DNA of 40,000 nt from Aeromonas phage AhC3_1. The notes under the pieces were generated by a model that had not been told where the DNA came from, searched no databases, and was given only the letters and a program-made list of their open reading frames with translations. Location: the sequence record PV158447.1; one strand, given 5' to 3'. The position numbers and the translations under genes were made by a program. Shown here piece by piece: positions 18,398-26,586 of the stretch. The first letter of the stretch is position 1, and each line of letters opens with the position of its first letter.

Positions 18398-18784
18398 ATG
18401 GACTTTAAGAAGTTGGTCGTAGATATTTTCTCAGCTGGACTATTGTCGGAGCGAGATAAAAGTTATCCTAACGTCTACTACATCAAACACATGGACAATG
18501 GGGAACGAATTAACTATTTCGGGACATTCCGTTATCGACTAGATAAAAAGAATGTACTCCTGGTTGGATTCCAGATTCATTTAGGGATGACAGGCAAAAA
18601 TGTTCAGGTGAGAATTTCGCACATCATCCCCTATGGAAGAGGTTATACCAAAACTATCTTCAAGAAGGGATTTGAAATGAAGTTCAAGACAATGCTCGAG
18701 ATCCTTCAGGGAGAACCGAGTACAGTACTGGCAGAAGTGATAAACAAGGCAATAGGAACTTTCAATGAGCACAAATCGTTCTGA
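18398..18784 (+). CDS. hypothetical protein (128 aa)
   Basis: ATG 18398 with GGAG about 9 nt upstream is preferred over 18383. Confidence 0.8.
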   Translation: MDFKKLVVDIFSAGLLSERDKSYPNVYYIKHMDNGERINYFGTFRYRLDKKNVLLVGFQIHLGMTGKNVQVRISHIIPYGRGYTKTIFKKGFEMKFKTMLEILQGEPSTVLAEVINKAIGTFNEHKSF

Positions 18785-19160
18785 TGTGGTACGTAGCGTG
18801 GTTCAGTCCCAGGTTAACGAGTTTCTGGAACTCATGGGAAATAAACGGTTTCCTATTCTGTTTGAAACCAAAGATCAATTCAGCTTCTCTTTCAAAGTCA
18901 ATGGTACTGGAGAGAAATTCCAGGTTGCAATCGAAGGGTTGCAAGTGGACCAGGGTAAATTTATTCTCTACATCACCACGTGTTTCCGTACTGACGACAA
19001 GTTCCAAGGAGAGTTCCAAATCGACGGGGTTCCATTGGGTCACGTTTATCAAACGGAATATGCATTGAGCGAAGTAGAATCAGAAGAAGATCTCTACACC
19101 ACCATTTATCAACAAATTCGGGACAGCCTTTCCGAACATCTGGACAGACATCTCATGTAA
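18765..19160 (+). CDS. hypothetical protein (131 aa)
   Basis: ORF overlapping the previous gene. Confidence 0.78.
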   Translation: MSTNRSDVVRSVVQSQVNEFLELMGNKRFPILFETKDQFSFSFKVNGTGEKFQVAIEGLQVDQGKFILYITTCFRTDDKFQGEFQIDGVPLGHVYQTEYALSEVESEEDLYTTIYQQIRDSLSEHLDRHLM

Positions 19161-19163
19161 TAC

Positions 19164-19212
19164 ACCTAGAACGTTCTAGGTTGAATTCTTTTAACTTCAA
19201 CTACCAGTTGAA
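19164..19212 (+). repeat. palindrome plus short hairpin upstream of phuZ
   Basis: ACCTAGAACGTTCTAGGT (19164-19181) and TTCAACT-ACC-AGTTGAA (19196-19212). Confidence 0.75.
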
Positions 19213-19276
19213 TACTTTAGTAAACAAAGGCCCTCATAACGCATTACGTGCGTTTTAATAACATTAAGGAATAAAA

Positions 19277-20227
19277 ATGAAAGACTTCAATATCTTTGCT
19301 TGTGGCGGTTGCGGTATCGATAACCTGACCAACTATATGAACACCGGTAAACAGTCCAAGTTCGTTGACCAAGTAGTCGCCCTGGATTTCTCCCGTGCCA
19401 CCAAGGTTCCTGATAACTTGTTCGAAGTGGTTTGCCCTGATGACACTGAAGGTTCTGGTTCCAACAAAGCAACTAACGTTGAAAAGGTACCCGATCTGAT
19501 CAAACGTGCTTTGTCCAAAGTTCAGCCTAACAAACTGAACATCGTGATCTCTTCCGCTTCCGGTGGTTCTGGTGCGGTTATTGCCCCGTACCTGATTCGT
19601 GAGTTGATCGAGAAGGGTTATCCTGTTCTGACCTTCCTGGTAGGTGACATGACCTCTATCAAGGAAATGAACAACACTGTGGGAACTCTGCGCTCATTGG
19701 ATGCTCGTGTTGCCATGATGAACGCACCTATCCTGTTCTGTTACCGCGCCAACACCCACCAAAACACGCAAGGTGCGGTTAATAAGGAAATCACAGCGGC
19801 GATCGATTCCGCACTGATCATGTTCAACCTGACCAACAACCGTATCGACTACGCTGACGTGAAGAACTTCTTCTTCTTTAACAAAGTAGTAGATGCCGAC
19901 CCAATCCTGACCCAGCTGGTGTTCTCCGATCATCAACAGTTGGCAGAATACAAACGTCGTCCTGTTGCAGCACTGTCTCTGTTCAGTGATGTGGACGAGA
20001 TCACTACTCCGTTTGAAAATCTGCTCTACCGTAAAGCCGGTATTTTCAGTGAACACACCAAAGGTTACGTGGGCGGTCTTCACGCCATCCTGGATCACGG
20101 CTCCACTGTTGGTGAGGTAGAAGCAATGATCAAAGAGCAAGAGACCAAGCTTAGCTCTCTGGCCGGTAGTTTCAAGTCCGAGAAGAAAGTCTCGGTAGGT
20201 GCTACTGAGTCTGGCGACTTCTTATAA
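19277..20227 (+). CDS. phuZ: PhuZ-like phage tubulin/FtsZ-family GTPase (316 aa)
   Basis: SASGGSGAVIAPYLIRELIEKGYPVLTFLVGDMTSIKEMNNTVGTLRSLDA resembles the 201phi2-1 PhuZ segment around SLGGGSGSVLGPLI...SFVVGAMESTDNLGNDIDTMKTLEA (from memory); later LYRKAGIF block; helical extension and tail. Confidence 0.88.
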   Translation: MKDFNIFACGGCGIDNLTNYMNTGKQSKFVDQVVALDFSRATKVPDNLFEVVCPDDTEGSGSNKATNVEKVPDLIKRALSKVQPNKLNIVISSASGGSGAVIAPYLIRELIEKGYPVLTFLVGDMTSIKEMNNTVGTLRSLDARVAMMNAPILFCYRANTHQNTQGAVNKEITAAIDSALIMFNLTNNRIDYADVKNFFFFNKVVDADPILTQLVFSDHQQLAEYKRRPVAALSLFSDVDEITTPFENLLYRKAGIFSEHTKGYVGGLHAILDHGSTVGEVEAMIKEQETKLSSLAGSFKSEKKVSVGATESGDFL

Positions 20228-20237
20228 AGTCAAAGGA

Positions 20238-20257
20238 GGGAGAGGGCAACCTCTCCC
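20238..20257 (+). terminator. hairpin with GCAA tetraloop after phuZ
   Basis: GGGAGAGG-GCAA-CCTCTCCC followed by TTTAC; short T-tract. Confidence 0.55.
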
Positions 20258-20266
20258 TTTACAACT

Positions 20267-20545
20267 ATGCGATTGATTTTTAATTTAGCTTCACACGTAC
20301 ATGCTTTTGGAATGTTGTCAGAATGTCCAAGTTCTATTGGTTATTCTGTTCTCCAAGATGCTTGTTTGGATAACGGCATTCCATTACCCCCATCCTCTTT
20401 TGATCGGAATATCTCTTTCCATCATACCGCAGTTTATGAGTTGATTAAAAACGAAGTGGACGAGAAACTTCTTACCGTCCCCACCCCTGAACACGCAGTC
20501 CTGACTCACCTCGGTAGTCTGCGGTTCACTCTCGACCTTTACTAA
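20267..20545 (+). CDS. hypothetical protein (92 aa)
   Basis: ORF between phuZ and the next gene. Confidence 0.7.
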   Translation: MRLIFNLASHVHAFGMLSECPSSIGYSVLQDACLDNGIPLPPSSFDRNISFHHTAVYELIKNEVDEKLLTVPTPEHAVLTHLGSLRFTLDLY

Positions 20546-20557
20546 CGGAATAACGAC

Positions 20558-21037
20558 ATGTACCTGCTTGATTACAATGCCCTCAAATCTCACGTAGTCC
20601 TCTCTCGGTCTATGTACAGTTTTGAAGAAGCAACTGACCATGACAAAGTCACGTTCTATTTGAAGATATGTTTGTCAATCATTGAACATGTTATCAACGC
20701 TAAAACAAGACAGTTTGAAGATGAATTTATCGTTCATGTGGAATCTGTCTATAACGACCCCCATGTTTTTGAAATGGGCCAGTTCCTCATTCCCATCATC
20801 AAAGAAATCAAAATGGATTTCTCGATGAAAGGTCACGACCCACGTCTCTATTACAAACTGAGAGAATTGAAACGAGGGATCTACACTCAGTACATCATTC
20901 AAATGGACCTGGAACGTACCTTTGTAGACTTCAAACCCCACGAAGAGAAAGAACCCATCGATGAAATAGTGTCCGACAATCCCGATCAGGACGTGATTAA
21001 CCGCCTATTGGAAACACAGATTCATCCAGGGAGGTAA
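20558..21037 (+). CDS. hypothetical protein (159 aa)
   Basis: ORF. Confidence 0.82.
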   Translation: MYLLDYNALKSHVVLSRSMYSFEEATDHDKVTFYLKICLSIIEHVINAKTRQFEDEFIVHVESVYNDPHVFEMGQFLIPIIKEIKMDFSMKGHDPRLYYKLRELKRGIYTQYIIQMDLERTFVDFKPHEEKEPIDEIVSDNPDQDVINRLLETQIHPGR

Positions 21038-21038
21038 C

Positions 21039-21473
21039 ATGGAACAACCTGTTGTGGTGAACTTCGTTACTTTCCATAGTTTCATTGAAGAGGCAATCAG
21101 AGAGAAATCGATGTACGCTGACTTGATGATTAACGAATCAGATGTACCTTTCATCAAGCAAGTTCTCCAAACTTATCTGATCAGGAAGGTAGGTTGTTTT
21201 GATCTTCGCGGATATGTTAGAGAAGGAACGATTTCCCATTGGTTCAGTACCGAAGTGATGGATGAGTTTGATGACCTGTATCTCCAATTCAGGGATTACC
21301 TCAGGACAGTCGGAATAGACCCTAACGGAAACTATATCCTGATGCGTTATTTAGACCAAGACAATTTCATCCTTTATGAAGGGACAGTTAATGACCCAAA
21401 ACTACTCAGTGCTGATCACTCCTCTTACGAATACGATTGCTCGCTACCAGTTGAATGCGACCCGTTTCTTTGA
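21039..21473 (+). CDS. hypothetical protein (144 aa)
   Basis: ORF with GGGAGG RBS. Confidence 0.82.
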   Translation: MEQPVVVNFVTFHSFIEEAIREKSMYADLMINESDVPFIKQVLQTYLIRKVGCFDLRGYVREGTISHWFSTEVMDEFDDLYLQFRDYLRTVGIDPNGNYILMRYLDQDNFILYEGTVNDPKLLSADHSSYEYDCSLPVECDPFL

Positions 21474-21684
21474 GGCGGTGAACAACTATCTGAAAACCGG
21501 GTCTGAAACTACTTATCGTATTGAATTGGAACAACTCGACCCAGTCTATAGTGCGATCATAGCAATGGAAACTGTTCCATACATAGAGGATCTGATCACA
21601 GATATTGAATCCACTGATAATCTGAAAGGTTTCTTTTTAACAGATACCCAACTTATTTTAGTGGGAGGAGAAAAATCATGTTGA
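21391..21684 (+). CDS. hypothetical protein (97 aa)
   Basis: ORF overlapping the previous gene in another frame; protein-like sequence; ATG 21391 more likely than 21376. Confidence 0.65.
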   Translation: MTQNYSVLITPLTNTIARYQLNATRFFEAVNNYLKTGSETTYRIELEQLDPVYSAIIAMETVPYIEDLITDIESTDNLKGFFLTDTQLILVGGEKSC

Positions 21685-21995
21685 CACTTGCGCAAGGTTC
21701 TGTGCCCCGTGGTATATTTACTCACACCGTTGCATTTCCTGGACTCGCTACGGAGACAATGATCGGGGCAGTGGGTCTACTCCTTTCTGCCTGTGGAGTA
21801 AATCACCAAATACCATTTGATCCCAATACCACCACCGGGATCACTACTGGGAACGAATCGATTGATTCAGCGAATGGGTATCGTTACTTCGATCTCAAGA
21901 ACAAACTGATCGAATTCACCCGTGAGTTTACTCGAGTGGATTGTGTAGCACAAATCGCTGGTAATGGCGTTCGTTTAGAATTCCATTGCTATTAA
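21678..21995 (+). CDS. hypothetical protein (105 aa)
   Basis: ORF overlapping the previous stop; GGGAGGAG upstream. Confidence 0.78.
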   Translation: MLTLAQGSVPRGIFTHTVAFPGLATETMIGAVGLLLSACGVNHQIPFDPNTTTGITTGNESIDSANGYRYFDLKNKLIEFTREFTRVDCVAQIAGNGVRLEFHCY

Positions 21996-22005
21996 GGAGA
22001 AAACG

Positions 22006-22623
22006 ATGTGGGTCAAACTCAATGCGTTTGATTACAATAGCATAATTGAAACCATTATGCGAGAGAAAGGGTTTGACGATGTTCCCAAGGATCTCACCAT
22101 TGGAAATCTGAAGAATATTTTTGAAACTGTTATCAAGATTAAGAAACATCGTGATAACGTTCAAAGTGTTTATTCAGAAATGGCTGAAATCCTGCTTGGG
22201 TTGTCCGTGGGGCATTTCCAAGAACATTCTGATGTAGATGGTGCCAGTCGGGAACTGGAATTCATTAAAGGACTCCAGGACGCTGTCTATGATCCTAATT
22301 GGAAAGAGGGCCCTTATTCAGAAGTAATCGCTATTTTCGCTGATGACTATGTACAAGCTCCGGATGGAGCGTTGGACATCGAACCAGAAGAAATGATGTT
22401 GATCATGAGTAAGATCGATCAGTATATCTACGGAGAGGGCAACGAGTTTGATCTCTCAGACGTACTGATCGAAAGGGAACTCTCTTCCATGCTCTCCGTC
22501 GAAGAGTGGAAGTACCAAATTAAGGTCTACGATATCCCTGGTGCGTCAGTAAAGTACCGAGATCTTTTGATCACATTTCCGCTGATTATTTTAGAGGTCG
22601 AGGAGAAAAATGGATATCAATGA
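22006..22623 (+). CDS. hypothetical protein (205 aa)
   Basis: ORF with AAGGAG RBS. Confidence 0.85.
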   Translation: MWVKLNAFDYNSIIETIMREKGFDDVPKDLTIGNLKNIFETVIKIKKHRDNVQSVYSEMAEILLGLSVGHFQEHSDVDGASRELEFIKGLQDAVYDPNWKEGPYSEVIAIFADDYVQAPDGALDIEPEEMMLIMSKIDQYIYGEGNEFDLSDVLIERELSSMLSVEEWKYQIKVYDIPGASVKYRDLLITFPLIILEVEEKNGYQ

Positions 22624-23038
22624 ACTGAAGAAGGGAGATACGATTAACTTCGACATGATCTCCCCTGGAATCATGGGGTCGCAATACAAATCTGTTTACG
22701 TAGCAGGTGCGGATGTTTCTTATGAAGCAGCTGCGGCTATTGATAATGAAGTGAACGTGAAACACCGTAACTTCTACCCGTTTTTTAAAGCTGTCGTGAA
22801 CAACATTGACGATCCTCGGAGTTACGGGTATCTGTTGATCAAACCAGATGCGGGTAGTAATGAACTCTTTGTTATCGGTATTCCCTGGATCGCTCCAGAA
22901 ACACTTCAGGTAACAAAAGGTCGAACCGCCACTATTCAGATCAACAACTGGCAACAGCGATTTGAAGCACCGATGAAAGACTTTCTGAATAACCTCGGAG
23001 CGAGTTACACTATCCAGGTTACTGATAAGACAACTTAA
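22610..23038 (+). CDS. hypothetical protein (142 aa)
   Basis: ORF with GAGGAG RBS overlapping the previous gene end. Confidence 0.83.
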   Translation: MDINELKKGDTINFDMISPGIMGSQYKSVYVAGADVSYEAAAAIDNEVNVKHRNFYPFFKAVVNNIDDPRSYGYLLIKPDAGSNELFVIGIPWIAPETLQVTKGRTATIQINNWQQRFEAPMKDFLNNLGASYTIQVTDKTT

Positions 23039-23045
23039 TGAAACC

Positions 23046-23077
23046 ATACTGAGTCTGCCATTGGGTAGACTCAGTAT
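23046..23077 (+). terminator. terminator-like hairpin
   Basis: ATACTGAGTCT...AGACTCAGTAT, 11 bp plus inner CC/GG, followed by CTTCAATTATTTGTTTTATTTT. Confidence 0.7.
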
Positions 23078-23114
23078 CTTCAATTATTTGTTTTATTTTC
23101 CAGAAGGGAACAAC

Positions 23115-25175
23115 ATGTCAGAACAGAACCCGTTCCTGTCTAAGGAATACACCTCTGACCGGGGAATCATTAAGCACTCCATTGATCAATATGTTGATGT
23201 GGTGAGTAGAACACAAGGGATCTCCAAAGAAGAAGCCAGAGAGATCATTGTCACCTACTTCAAAAATAAGAAAGAAGAATACAAATCCAGAAAAGCAAAG
23301 ATCATCATTAAGAATAAACATGGTGATCGTTCTGTTAAAGTAGTGCCATTGGGTAGTGTATTGAAACACGTCCAAGATAAGAACTACCATTTTTCTCCAA
23401 GTATGATTGCATACACCAACGCTGATGTGGAAGAATGCATTAACAGTATTGGTACTCGCGACTTCATTGCCAACCGGAAACACTATAAAGATTTACGCCA
23501 GGCCAACCCAAAGGGTTCTGAGCTTTATTCCAAGTACCATGAACTTCAGAACGCTTTTAAGATCTTTAACAACGCCCAGTCTGGCGCCATGTCCTCCGAA
23601 GGGACACCAATCAACAACAAAACTGGTCATACGACGCTCACTTCCACCACCCGTTGTTTGACGTCTACCGCTAACTTGGTGAACGAACAGTTCATTGCAG
23701 GTAACCGGTTCTACAATACGCCAGAGAACACTCTTCAGGCAATCGCAGCTCGGATTCAGGTTTCTGATATGGAAGCCATTGATAAAGTCATGATGCGGTT
23801 GAAACTTTATTATCCCTGTGCTGATGACGTCATGGAGATGGTGAGACGTTGTTCTCGTCGGTATTGGGATTCTGATTTAGCAATGAAGAAGATCGAACTC
23901 TATGTTTCGACTCTTCGACCTGTTGAATTAGCAGCAGTGCTTTATAACCTGGACTTGGTTAACTTGTTCCGGTATAACAAAGAACAAATATCCACGTTCT
24001 TTGATAAGTTCTGTAGTACCGACATCTCTAAGCAAACAGAACAAGTCAGACCTAATAACGGTGACAGATATGTATTGTGCCTTTCCAAACTTCCAAAGGA
24101 ACCACCTAAGGAAGATCTGGAGAAACTCAATGCTTGTCATATGGAAGTGGAAAAGGAATACGATGATTTCATCAAAGTGTTCTTTAAGTCCAGTATTCCA
24201 CCCAGTGGTTTGTTTGATGTCATTTCTGCTGTTCGTGATGTCGTTCTGACGTCAGATACAGACTCTTCCATTTATACAGTGGATGAGATGATCGATAACT
24301 ACACCAATGACCAACATCAAGGTGAAATGCTGAACGCGGTATTGACTTACTTCATTCGGATGATCTCTATCGATCAACATGCTCAATTGTCAGCCAACAT
24401 GAACGTGGCTCCGAGAAACATGTTCTTACTCAACATGAAGAACGAGTACTACTTCGGCGCTTACGTCACAACTGACATGTCAAAACACTACTATGCTTCT
24501 CAGCGAATGGTAGAGGGTGTGAAGAACGATGAACCCGACATGGAGATTAAAGGTGTCCACTTGAAGTCTTCTAAAGTAGCAGCTTCTATTCGAGAGTATG
24601 CTCAGCATCTGATGGAAGAAACGATCTTTGCTGTTGAAGAACGTCGTAAGTTAGACCCTGCTCAGTTGTTGTTTGAAATCGCAGAACTGGAACGAGGTGT
24701 GATCAACGACATTCAGAATGGGAAATGGCATTGGCTCTCCAGAGAGAACGTGAAAGGTGCAGAATCTTACACCAACCCAATGTCTGAAAAATACCAACAT
24801 CATTCATTCTGGGAAGAGGTCTTTGCCGAGAAATACGGCAATGCCCCAGAGCTTCCTTATTCTTCAATCAAGTTCTCCGTAGATCTTTCCAGTAAGAGCA
24901 AGCTCAATGCCTGGTTAGACTCTATTGAAGATGAGGTGATTAAACAGAAAGCAAAAGAATGGTTCATCATTCACGGTAAAGACAAGATGTCTAACTTGTT
25001 CGTGCCAATGGAGCGTCTCCAGAACCTTGGAGGAATTCCGTTAGAATATAAACCAGTAATTGACTATCGGACTGTTATTAAGCAGAACTTTAAGTCTATC
25101 TATTCCGTACTGCATTCCACTGGTCTGTATTACGTAAACGACAAAATCAGTCGTTTGGTTTCTGATGAACACTAA
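23115..25175 (+). CDS. family-B DNA polymerase, C-terminal palm/fingers/thumb fragment (686 aa)
   Basis: Motif C-like DTDSSIYT (24255-24266 encodes DTDS); motif B-like KIFNNAQSG (23559-23585); about 230 aa between them with PENTLQAIAARI; no visible motif A (DxxSLYP) or 3-5 exonuclease motifs. Confidence 0.78.
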   Translation: MSEQNPFLSKEYTSDRGIIKHSIDQYVDVVSRTQGISKEEAREIIVTYFKNKKEEYKSRKAKIIIKNKHGDRSVKVVPLGSVLKHVQDKNYHFSPSMIAYTNADVEECINSIGTRDFIANRKHYKDLRQANPKGSELYSKYHELQNAFKIFNNAQSGAMSSEGTPINNKTGHTTLTSTTRCLTSTANLVNEQFIAGNRFYNTPENTLQAIAARIQVSDMEAIDKVMMRLKLYYPCADDVMEMVRRCSRRYWDSDLAMKKIELYVSTLRPVELAAVLYNLDLVNLFRYNKEQISTFFDKFCSTDISKQTEQVRPNNGDRYVLCLSKLPKEPPKEDLEKLNACHMEVEKEYDDFIKVFFKSSIPPSGLFDVISAVRDVVLTSDTDSSIYTVDEMIDNYTNDQHQGEMLNAVLTYFIRMISIDQHAQLSANMNVAPRNMFLLNMKNEYYFGAYVTTDMSKHYYASQRMVEGVKNDEPDMEIKGVHLKSSKVAASIREYAQHLMEETIFAVEERRKLDPAQLLFEIAELERGVINDIQNGKWHWLSRENVKGAESYTNPMSEKYQHHSFWEEVFAEKYGNAPELPYSSIKFSVDLSSKSKLNAWLDSIEDEVIKQKAKEWFIIHGKDKMSNLFVPMERLQNLGGIPLEYKPVIDYRTVIKQNFKSIYSVLHSTGLYYVNDKISRLVSDEH

Positions 25176-25200
25176 GTAATATTATGCCAAGATTGGCACA

Positions 25201-25228
25201 CCCTCACCCTCCGCTAGGAGGGTGAGGG
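25201..25228. terminator. bidirectional terminator between convergent genes
   Basis: CCCTCACCCTCC-GCTA-GGAGGGTGAGGG, 12-bp perfect stem. Confidence 0.85.
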
Positions 25229-25242
25229 ATTACCCTTTTATC

Positions 25243-26325
25243 TTATCTATTTTTGACTTCTTTCCAGAGTTCCAAGTAGAACTTTTTCCAATAAGGATCA
25301 AGGATTTGATTACCATTGAAATTCTCATTGATCCTGAAGAAGACTTCTAGCGAACTCTCCTCCATTCCATCTTCGTAACCCAAGAAGTCCTGATACTTCA
25401 GTAATCCGTTCATCCAGTACAAACTAGAAAGAGTGTAGACCCAAGCCAATTGGACAAACATCATTGTTTTGGGATGAAATGGAACAATGGTTTCCGGAAT
25501 CGACATGCCAGAGTAAATGGGACTGAACAACGTTGTGTATTCAGAGAAGTTCTTAACCCCATTGACCTTAAGGTATCGAAGTAACCAAGAACAATAACTG
25601 TCAAGTCGCTCTGTATAAGACTCCATTGCAAACCCAGCAGATTGGACTTCAACTTTAACACCTTCGGAAACAAGATTAAAGAGAACAACATTGTTATGTT
25701 CACGATAGAACTTAATCAGTTCCAAAAAACAATAGTGATGTGGAGAAAGCCCAACGTTGATCCCATTCTGAATACGATGTTTCAAGTAAAACCAATAACC
25801 CGCAGCCAGTTTAATAGGATCTAACTCAACAACGGAGTAGGTGTCATTAGGAAGCGTCCTAGAAACGGCGTCAGTCAATTCCTTTGGGTTCCAGTAGTGT
25901 TTGGTCCCGGTGGTCATGATCGTTCTCAGAGCACTTCCCGTTTCCCCCTTATCGAAGTCATAAACAGTTTCTTCATAAGGAGTAACAATCAATGTCCGAT
26001 GATTACTCTCCGGGAACAAAGTCAAAGAGAAGTCCTTTCCCCTATTATAAATAGAGGTGAATTTAACTTGACTTGCAACCTTCCGAATGTTCAATTCCAA
26101 GTTTAACTTCAACGTATCAACATCCCAAGTGGGGTCGATAGAGAGTTGGAGTAGAAACTGAACTAACGGATTCTGGTTGGGAAGTACAATGTTACCCATG
26201 CTGTAATGTTCTAGACACTTATCAAAGTTTCTGTCTAGGATCTTCCTTAACGTACCTAACGGCGGAAACGCTGGAAGTGCTCTAACAGGTCTCCCAGACT
26301 TAATGTGGTATTGTGCCATTTCCAT
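25243..26325 (-). CDS. hypothetical protein (360 aa), isolated minus-strand gene
   Basis: Long ORF on the minus strand with nothing comparable on plus; its own intergenic region and convergent terminator. Confidence 0.85.
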   Translation of the reverse strand: MEMAQYHIKSGRPVRALPAFPPLGTLRKILDRNFDKCLEHYSMGNIVLPNQNPLVQFLLQLSIDPTWDVDTLKLNLELNIRKVASQVKFTSIYNRGKDFSLTLFPESNHRTLIVTPYEETVYDFDKGETGSALRTIMTTGTKHYWNPKELTDAVSRTLPNDTYSVVELDPIKLAAGYWFYLKHRIQNGINVGLSPHHYCFLELIKFYREHNNVVLFNLVSEGVKVEVQSAGFAMESYTERLDSYCSWLLRYLKVNGVKNFSEYTTLFSPIYSGMSIPETIVPFHPKTMMFVQLAWVYTLSSLYWMNGLLKYQDFLGYEDGMEESSLEVFFRINENFNGNQILDPYWKKFYLELWKEVKNR

Positions 26326-26373
26326 TACCCATATTTAAATAGTAAAGTATATTACTATTATATGTACAAAACT

Positions 26374-26393
26374 TCCTTACCTTATGGTAAGGA
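26374..26393. repeat. 8-bp hairpin in the divergent intergenic region
   Basis: TCCTTACC-TTAT-GGTAAGGA. Confidence 0.55.
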
Positions 26394-26478
26394 GTAAGCG
26401 GTAGATATACGTTCATTTTGAATTTATCCATACGATTTGAACGGAACTGTTCTGAAAAACCGCTAGATTTTTACAGGT

Positions 26479-26511
26479 CTATATTTTTTCAGACATATAT
26501 AATTAACGTGT
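26479..26511 (+). promoter_or_regulatory. conserved 33-nt intergenic element, copy 5
   Basis: TCTATATTTTTTCAGACATATATAATTAACGTG, upstream of the putative chmA. Confidence 0.75.
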
Positions 26512-26586
26512 AAGGCCAATGAGATATAATCAAAAGCTTTCATTTTAATTAGGAACAACGATAACCATAGTAAGGTAGGAAAAGAA

